Part shown: positions 55,401 through 64,000 of the stretch, piece after piece
Layout of the letters: every line of letters begins with the position of its first letter
Numbering within the stretch: the stretch's first letter is position 1
Origin: Eledone cirrhosa
Lineage: Eukaryota
Assembly: GCA_964016885.1 (NCBI GenBank)
Contig: OZ024758.1
Span: 6,324,001-6,388,000, forward strand
Direction: 5' to 3'
Length of the DNA: 64,000 nt
Notes under the pieces: generated by a model
Told to the model about the DNA's origin: nothing
Databases searched by the model: none
The model's input: the letters and a program-made list of their open reading frames with translations, nothing else
Made by a program: the position numbers and the translations under genes

Positions 55401-56541
55401 TAAATCGGTCGTAATTTGATGAGTGGGTTTGTAAGTTGTGTAAAGCTCGAATAACCATCTAACCATCTGCAAGGCAAACCTAGTGATTGTCTTGCAGATG
55501 CAGTGTCTGTACATTGGGTCGTGATTGGATGAGTGAGGTTGTAAATTGTGTAAAGCTCGAATAACCATCTGCAAGGAAAACCTAGTGATTGTCTTGCAGA
55601 TGTAGTGACTGTACATTTAGTGGATGGGTTACCTCAAATGGTGTAAGCTTTCATCTTCAACTGTAAAGCTGTAACAAAACCGAGAATGCACTAACTCCGA
55701 GTTATGAGGTTTGATGGTGTGAAAATGTCAAAGGATGCGCTTAGGGCAGATGTGTGAGAATTATTGACGAACATACACAGTTGTGAATAACTTTTTATTT
55801 ACTTTAACATGCACTAATCAAATAATCAGACTCTTCAACAAGAATGAGAATAATATCCATTATAGTTGTTTATACCAAAGTTACTGGTTAGCGAAGGGAG
55901 CACTAATCAGAAGTACATGTAATGATGCAATATTGTGCAGAGATCTTAATTAAGGAGGAAGAAGGCGTTACGTAAATAGATGTTAACATTTCAAATATCT
56001 AACCTCGCTTAATCAGATAGGCGCGTTCATGTAAATTTATTAGATAAAATTAAGAAAGAAATTTAACAGAGTTATTGTAAGTTTTAAAGCTGGAATTATC
56101 AAACATAGAACTGATCTGATATACCGATAGTTAGCACGCAACGTTGTTTAATGTTGGCTTTATTGTAGTTATTTAATTAAGACTCTATCGTTATACTTCC
56201 AGTCAATAATGAATATAACTGGATTCAGAGTCTAACACTATAAGTCGTATATGCTTAGCAATGAAACAAATATATTACAGATTTCTAAGATGATGTGTTA
56301 CGTGTTTACATATGACAATTCTGGGAACATTATTAATTTCTCGGGTATAATTAAATAATATATTCACTTAAATTTTATTCCGCAACTCGGAACTGAGTTG
56401 TGCTGAATAATCAAGTATTTCGTTTAGTATTAGTATCATCCCATTTCTCTAAATATTTAGATTAGAAATGAAACGACTGAATAAATAACGAATCCAGTAT
56501 CAGCACTTATACAATAAATCATCCCAAAATGTGTATAGACT

Positions 56542-56666
<125 letters not shown>

Positions 56667-56745
56667 TATATATATATATAAAATAAAATAAAATAAAATA
56701 AAATAAAATAAATAAGTCAAATGTTTAAAATTTGGCTTCGTTTAT

Positions 56746-56801
56746 TACTGCTATATATATTTCGATGACAGCCATCTTTGGCTGTGACCTCTTCAGGCAA
56801 T
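56746..56801 (-). ncRNA. Minimal type I hammerhead ribozyme motif (family B-like)
   Basis: Minus strand: attgc CTGAAGA ggt c acagcc aaagat ggctgt c atc GAAA tatata TA gcagt. All core nucleotides canonical, G10.1-C11.1 pair present. Confidence 0.8.
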
Positions 56802-57009
56802 CCGAATTAGTGTGGTAGAGACGAGTACACATGTTGTTGAGGTGTTTAACTTTGTCAATACTCTTATATGCCCAGTTCCTGGTTGGGTTGTTATTTCACT
56901 GAGGAACTGGAAAAAAAAAAAAAAATATATATATATATTGTTATATTTGGGGAGGGTCATGTTGTTATAATATTGCCAGAAATAATATAATAATATGCAA
57001 GATATATTA

Positions 57010-57430
57010 TGCAGATACTATTGCATCCGAATTCAGAGAACTCCCTGAACAAACTGAGGATGTTGAGACGGAGTGGAGATTGTTCAGCGCAGCAGTTTCT
57101 GCTTCAGCTGTTAAATGCTGCGGGCGAAAGAGGATTGGAGTGGTGCCAAATGGCAAGAAGACTCTTTGGTTCAAGGAAGCGGTCAAGGATACCATCCGAG
57201 CAAAGAATGAGGCGTACAAAGCTTGGCTTGGAAATGAGTCCTCCTTATTGCACTTACGGTACAAGCAGGCACGAAAAGTCACAGCAGAGACAGTAAAAGT
57301 GTTCGAAGTTAAGACAGGAGGACTTTGGGGTTAAGTTGGAATCCGACTTTAGATCTGCAAATAAAGTGTTCTCGCAGACCATCTGCCGTCTTCATAATAA
57401 GAAGCCATCCTCCACACTTGCTATCAAGAA
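57010..57430 (+). mobile_element. RTE (Rex3/Expander-like) LINE internal fragment
   Basis: DVETEWRLFSAAV..AVKCCGRK....KTLWFKEAVKDTIRAKNEAYKAWL...YKQARK...EDFGVKLESDFRSANKVFSQTICRL, the EN-RT linker pattern of RTEs. Confidence 0.8.
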
Positions 57431-57438
57431 GATATATA

Positions 57439-57504
<66 letters not shown>

Positions 57505-57970
57505 TATTGAAGTTTGCTTGAAGCATTGTGGAATAATAAGGTAAATTTCTTTAACTCGTTTGGAAGCCTCGACAATGCAGATGGGTAATTCTCCGGGTAA
57601 CAAGATCCGGTGGTGGAGAGAGAGATGTAAGTGGGTGTACGTTGAGATGTGTGGCGTGTAGAAGACTGTAGCGTGTAGAAGAATGTAGGAAAGAGCGTAA
57701 AGGATAAAAATAAAAATAATAACACGAGATAGAGTTACCTTGGGAGAGATTTAATTGTCCCTATATATTTCGGATTCACATCCATCAACTGGGGTTTTTT
57801 CCCGGGGGGGGGGGAAGGTTGCCTGTCGGAAAGGTGCGAAACGTTTTCTCCGCTGTTCGTTGTTTTGAATATCTGAGGTATTCAGCAGAGCGCGCGTGCG
57901 CGTGATATGGGGTCGGTCAAGCAGAGGTCGGCGGCCGAAATAGTTCTTTCAATTGTGGGAGTGGGGAGTA

Positions 57971-58027
<57 letters not shown>

Positions 58028-58032
<5 letters not shown>

Positions 58033-58222
58033 AACAGGTATGACCCCAACGGCAGAGCTCAAGCCGTTTCGGCGGCTATTTCTGGACTCAAATAGCCGTC
58101 GAAACGGCTTGAGCTCTGCCGTCGGGGTCATACTTGTTCCTATTACCTACTCTACTACCCTAAGTATTGAATACTTTGGTGCGTTATGGTCCATCTGGTT
58201 CCTTACCACAATTCCTTCGTTT
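58028..58222. mobile_element. Family A element with fold-back palindrome (54-bp arms)
   Basis: ataggaacaggtatgacccc...ggctattt [ctggactc] aaatagcc...ggggtcatacttgttcctat; (TA)n on both sides. Confidence 0.8.
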
Positions 58223-58255
<33 letters not shown>

Positions 58256-59904
58256 GGGTGGGGGGTGTCTGTGTGTGGTGGTGGTGTAAATTATAAATAA
58301 AACATTTAATATAATTCATTGATCCGTAATTATTGGTTGTTTTTTTTCTCATTGAACCGTGGAATTTTCACTGGATCAGTTAATAGTTTTAATATTGTCT
58401 AAGCTCACAAAATAGACAAGAATATCGATTAAAATATCTTATATTCATAAAACATATTGTCGTCTTTAATTGACCAATCCTCTCTACTTACTCAACAAAT
58501 TTCATAATATTGTTAAATATTTAGCAATTATCATTAGTGGTGTTACTTTTCTCTGAATTAATTCAGATATATTTGTTTACATTTTCATTAAATATTTCTT
58601 AAGCCAAATATTCTAATAATCCGATAATTAAAAGTTTAATTCGAGTGATTACATAGATATGTTTGTTATTCATGTTGTGTGATATATAGCTTTTATGAAC
58701 GTTATCCTACAACTTATGGTTTGCATCTCTATTTTAAGTATTTATTGATTTAACAAGTACAGTATTATTGTTGTAATAACTTAATTAAGGACTGTGAATA
58801 GCTATTAAATTCACTACCAGCAATATTAAGCACTTTCTTCTCACCAGTACAACATTCTCACTTAACACCTTTGATCTTTTTATAGACATTTCATTTCTCA
58901 CTAATTTTTCTCTTTAGAATTTTAGATATCAATTTTTAAAAAGTTATAAAGAATGATATAGGAAAACTCCAGACATTCGTATCTAGATTCTCAGATGAAT
59001 TTAATTAGTAAATAAAGATGCTATCGATGGTGGATAATATATATGTTTCTAATTACTGACATAAGTGAATGCGAGAGATAATTATCATAATTAAATTTGG
59101 TTTCATTTCATTGCAAGAAATTGAATAACATTACAATAGTAATCACGTGAATTATAGATAAATTAACACTTTATATAAAAATTTGCTGGGCATTTTAATA
59201 TTGATGATTTAGAAAATTGGAAAAGGCTTTTTTAAATACTTGTGAAAGGTTGCCATTTGTTAATACAGTAATTAATTAAATACAAAACCTATTCTCTTAT
59301 GAAACATCTGTTACTAAAGATGATACCATTTTCAGGCTCCCTAAAGTTGTGTATACAACCGTCATGTACATGCAGCTTAGATAAACCTTCTCTGCCAAAA
59401 CTTAAAGAAACCTAGGTAGGAAATTATCTTGTATGCTTTCCTTATTCTTAAACAAAACACAACTAAATGTTAAACATACTAGGGTGTACAATCTCAACAG
59501 CTAAAACTTCATTAAAAAATAAATGGGATTTTTCCTCAGAGCCAGAAAATAGTTCAGCGTCGAACAGCGACGTACTCACTAAATCGTTCTATATATAATT
59601 AAGTTAAGTTGTCTGGCTTTCTGGAGAATAGAGGAAAGGTGTTTCCTCAAAAACCAGTATGACTCTAAAAACCGGTTTGTCTGTGTGTTTACATACAGAA
59701 TAGCTGGACACTCACAGTAAAGTGACCAGTGAAAAACTCGGTACATCTACATATGTATACGTGTGTGTATTCATATGCATACTAGTATTTCAGTATACAT
59801 ATGTGGATGTACATTTTTAACTTAATTGTTTAAGCGTCAGTCATACAAAAGTGAGTTACAAACGAAACGAAATTTAATTTCGTTTCGTTATTTGTTTTTA
59901 TTTG

Positions 59905-59970
<66 letters not shown>

Positions 59971-60320
59971 CAAAGGAATTGTGGTAAGGAACTAGATGGA
60001 CCATAACGCACCAGAGTACTCAATACTTAGGGTAGTAGAGTGGGAAATAGGAAAAAGTATGACCCCGACGGCAGAGTTCAAGCCGTTTCGATGGCTATTT
60101 CTGGACGAAACGGCTTGAGCTCTGCCGTCGGGGTCATACTTTTTCCTATATATATATATATATATATATAAAAGGCTTCTACAGGACTAGAACTGTTTTA
60201 TTCAGGAGAAATCATCATAATATGATATCGGATATATATCGGATATATATATATATAACTTTGATAGGTTTTGGCCAGTATTGGCCCAGGCCATGTCTAA
60301 CTTAATAGCATATATATGTA

Positions 60321-60375
<55 letters not shown>

Positions 60376-60378
<3 letters not shown>

Positions 60379-60755
60379 AAAGTTATATTTAAATTGTTGG
60401 GTTACAACTAGTAAATATTTATAACTGATATAAAAGCACTCGACAAGTATTTGGAGTATATTTACGATATTAAATAAATGGAAACTATATTTATAAAACC
60501 ATATTTATTTCATTATATATATTTCAGGGATATCATATTAACAATATGCTATGCCTTCCTCAGACAAAATACAATATAAACAGTTTTATAGATAAATAGA
60601 TTTGACGGTATGTCAAATCTATTTATCTATAAAACTGTTTATATTGTATTTTGTCTGAGGAAGGCATAGCATATTGTTAATATGATATCCCTGAAATATA
60701 TATAATGAAATAAATATGGTTTTATAAATATAGTTTCCATTTATTTAATATCGTA
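60376..60755. mobile_element. Family B element with 144-bp perfect inverted arms, each carrying a hammerhead motif
   Basis: Arms 60463-60606 and 60612-60755 around ggtat. Plus HHR: tattttgt CTGAGGA agg c ata g catatt gtt aatatg a tat c cct GAAA tatata TA atgaaata. Confidence 0.8.
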
Positions 60756-61965
60756 TATATATATATATATATTTATTAAATAACAGATTAAAGTTTAAGC
60801 AAAGAATCGCTGCTTTCACCCTTAACGGGATCTTCTGAAACTAACAAAGTCAATCTGTAAACGCAGAACTAGATATTTCAAAAAAACGTTGCAATCAGAG
60901 GAAGACAGGAAGACGATACTTTGGTTCGTGGAAACGTTCTCTGACAAAGAACGGGAAAAAACGAATAATACGTCATTAATAGGAGCGGTGAAAAACAATA
61001 ACGCGCAAAGACAGAACCACGTTTATGGTATAAAAGAGGTCGTAGACTAATGTTCTCTTAGGTGGTGCATAGAGACGTTCTCTGGCAATGAACGAACAAA
61101 CGAAGATAATACGTCAGATGTGGAGCGTGGAGAACAATTGCACGCAAAGACAAAACCACGTAAATGGTATAGCAGAAGTCGTAGACTAAAATTCTAACTA
61201 GGAGACCAAATGAATCTCCGATATATATATATATAGAGAGAGAGAGAGAGGGAGAGAGAGAGAGAGGGGGTGAAGAGACGATTTATCTATGTGTGTGTGC
61301 GCGCGTGTGTGTGTGTGTGTGTGTGGTTGTTCTGTAGATGTTTAGTTTGATATAGACATCGTAAGGTCGGCCAGATAATGTTTTATATATAACTAAGGCT
61401 TCTTGAACTTTTATACTGAGTTTCACATTTCTGACTGACCTAGAGTTCAAACGATTGCTGAAGTATATACGGAAGCGTGACCATATAATAATTGTTTCTA
61501 CTTTAGGCACAAGGCCAGCAATTTGAAGTGGGAAGGGGAAAGTCGATTAAATCGACCCAAGTGTATTACCGGTGCTTTATTTTATCAACCTCGTAAGGAT
61601 AAAAGGCAAAACTTACCTCGGCGAGATTTGAAATCAGAAAGTAAAGGGCCTTAACTCTATGCTGTGAAGCATGTTTTTCAACGCTCTACCGATATTGCCG
61701 ATCAATAACAAGAATATTTAAAAATACGTCATTAATGGCATATCGAGTTGATTGCTTTTCCAAAACCCTTTGGAAAATGCGCCACGTGTTAATATATTGA
61801 TGGGCCGAGTACACTAACATCTATATTGTAGGACCCATTCATCTATTCAATACTAGATACAGAGAACACGAGAGCAGAAATATCGGTTCTTGTTAGTAAA
61901 CTATCTATTGAGACCTGAGACATAACTAGGGAAAATAGTGCCTATGACAAACAGTGAATTTGCTC

Positions 61966-62094
61966 CCCTGTCCAGCACTGTATTTTTGCCTATAGGCCTA
62001 ATAATTTATATAAATAGTTTAAAAAACCAACCACCATTAATCCATTTGTATAAATTATTTGACCCATAGGTAAAATTACAGCGTTGCGCAGGGG
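61966..62094. mobile_element. Small MITE-like element with ~46-bp imperfect TIRs
   Basis: cccctgtccagcactgtatttttgcctatagg... / ...cccataggtaaaattacagcgttgcgcagggg. Confidence 0.55.
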
Positions 62095-62464
62095 CTAATA
62101 ATAATCAAAGACAGATCATAAATCTGAAGGAATTTCGTTTTTCAGTCTCCGACGAGGCTTACTTGATTTGGCTTAATAGGATATGCTCCTAGTCCAATTG
62201 GAACCCATGGCACGTACCAAGCTTGCTATAGCCTAATTATGCATCTGATTGAGACCTAGACAAACATAAACTTGTTAACAAATATTAAATATAACACAAT
62301 ATAATTGCCATACACTGAAAGATGATCCTATATTTCGAAAGAATTCATATGATATCAAACGGTTGTTTTACACAGGAAATAAGCAATATTCGGTTTCTTC
62401 GTCAAATTGTAACAGAGCTATGTTTGTATATTATATGGATATATATATATATGCATGTATGTGT

Positions 62465-62495
<31 letters not shown>

Positions 62496-63474
62496 AATGC
62501 AAAGCCGCATTGTTCTCAGAACCACTACACCAGTCTTTCGATGCAGCTGGAACTACTGCCACCCATTGATTTGGCAGGATAGCAACTCATTTCTACAGCT
62601 GAGTAAACTGGAGCAACGTGAAATAAAGTGTCTTGCTCAAGAACACAACACATCACCCGGTCCGAGAATCGAACTCACAATCTTTCGATTGCAATCCTAA
62701 TGCTCTAACCACTAAGCCATGCGTCTTCATGGTACAGAATTGAGAAGACTAATAACGTAAGTATTAAACACTCTCGATGATTATGTTCGCTTATAAATAA
62801 TTATGAAGCTAATTAATTGTTTGATTAACCGGAAAATGTGAAATTTAGAGTTCAGATTCAGGAAACGCCATTGTCGCTTGAAATTTATTCGATCTACGTT
62901 ATGTTCCTAAATGCAAACATTTACCAATTCATATATAGACATCCACACTTATACACAGACAGGAACACATCCACATAGATATATTGATTCATATGTATAT
63001 ACATATATACATATATTGATACATACATACATGCATACATTCATACTTATATACAAGCATAAATGCATACATTCATACATGCATACATGATGGCTGCCCC
63101 CTCGTTATCGAGTAAGGCCATTGCACGATATACCATTATTAATAATTATTAATTAATGCTATTGTGCAATGCCTGTGCGTGAATATATTTTTTAAAGTGA
63201 GGAAAGTCTGTGCACTGAGCCAATCCCACTCTCTGAGCGACAGTAGCTATAACCCGAAAAGAAGAAAAGATCAACATCATCGGTAACTACTGAGCCGCAG
63301 GTTTTATGTCGGAGTTATCCCAGTTTCCTGAGTTACCTTCTCCTAGAAGGATCCTTCACTCCCAGTAATTTAACCGCGCGATCGCGTATCCAGCCCGATT
63401 ATTTCTATGTCCTCGCGCATATACATACACATGCATACATGTATATACATATATACATACATATATATATACAT

Positions 63475-63548
<74 letters not shown>

Positions 63549-64000
63549 GCCATACATGTATATACATATTTACACATTTTTGGAATGCTGTTGACTCTTA
63601 GTTCTTCCGCCCTTTCTCAGGTTTTGTTGTTTTTTGTCTACGTTATTTATAGATGTGTTTAGGTGTTTAATATGTATATCTCTTTCGAGCGTTTGTGCAT
63701 CTACTTTTGTATAAGTATCTCTAGGATTACATTGCACAATGTACCCTTTAGGCATTTAAAGCTTATGATACAATTTAAGATATATTTAGCTACTCTTCTT
63801 GCTGATCCAGCAATCGTACAAATGGAAACCTTGTTAGCTCGATGACTGTAATATTGTTGCTCCTGTTAAACTCTGTATCTAAATTAGTTTTTTTAACATC
63901 TTTATATTGTTTTGGAGAAGAAACCATTTATCTCGCTCATCCCAATTTCTAATATGTATTCCTTCTTTGTGTGTTTAAATTCCATTATTTATACTTTGTT

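Noticed and set aside
63570-64000. Possible PLE N-terminal coding remnant (..C....MPKG..) on the minus strand
   Set aside because: Similarity is too weak and frameshifted to call without a search.

Overview
AT-rich, microsatellite-saturated eukaryotic DNA. The repeat families resemble those of coleoid cephalopods, probably Octopus (inference). Nearly all ORFs in the supplied track are microsatellite artefacts. The only host gene I can support is on the minus strand: two spliced coding exons (8405-8193 and 398-256) encoding the N-terminus of a CLC-family (ClC-6/7-like) Cl-/H+ transporter. The rest is transposon debris: RTE and CRE LINE fragments, a probable R4/Dong fragment, two tRNA-derived SINE families, mariner, piggyBac and hAT-type MITEs (one mariner MITE spawns 83- and 122-bp tandem arrays), and a Penelope-like element (PLE) with a GIY-YIG endonuclease. 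The most striking signal is about ten well-formed plus several degenerate minimal type I hammerhead ribozyme (HHR) motifs from several short element families. Most lie next to (TA)n tracts, and several sit in fold-back palindromes that carry a ribozyme on each strand. One HHR family shows compensatory stem II changes, an invariant C-C mismatch and a TATATA-type palindromic stem III. All alignments and folds were done by eye, and no ribozyme activity is demonstrated.
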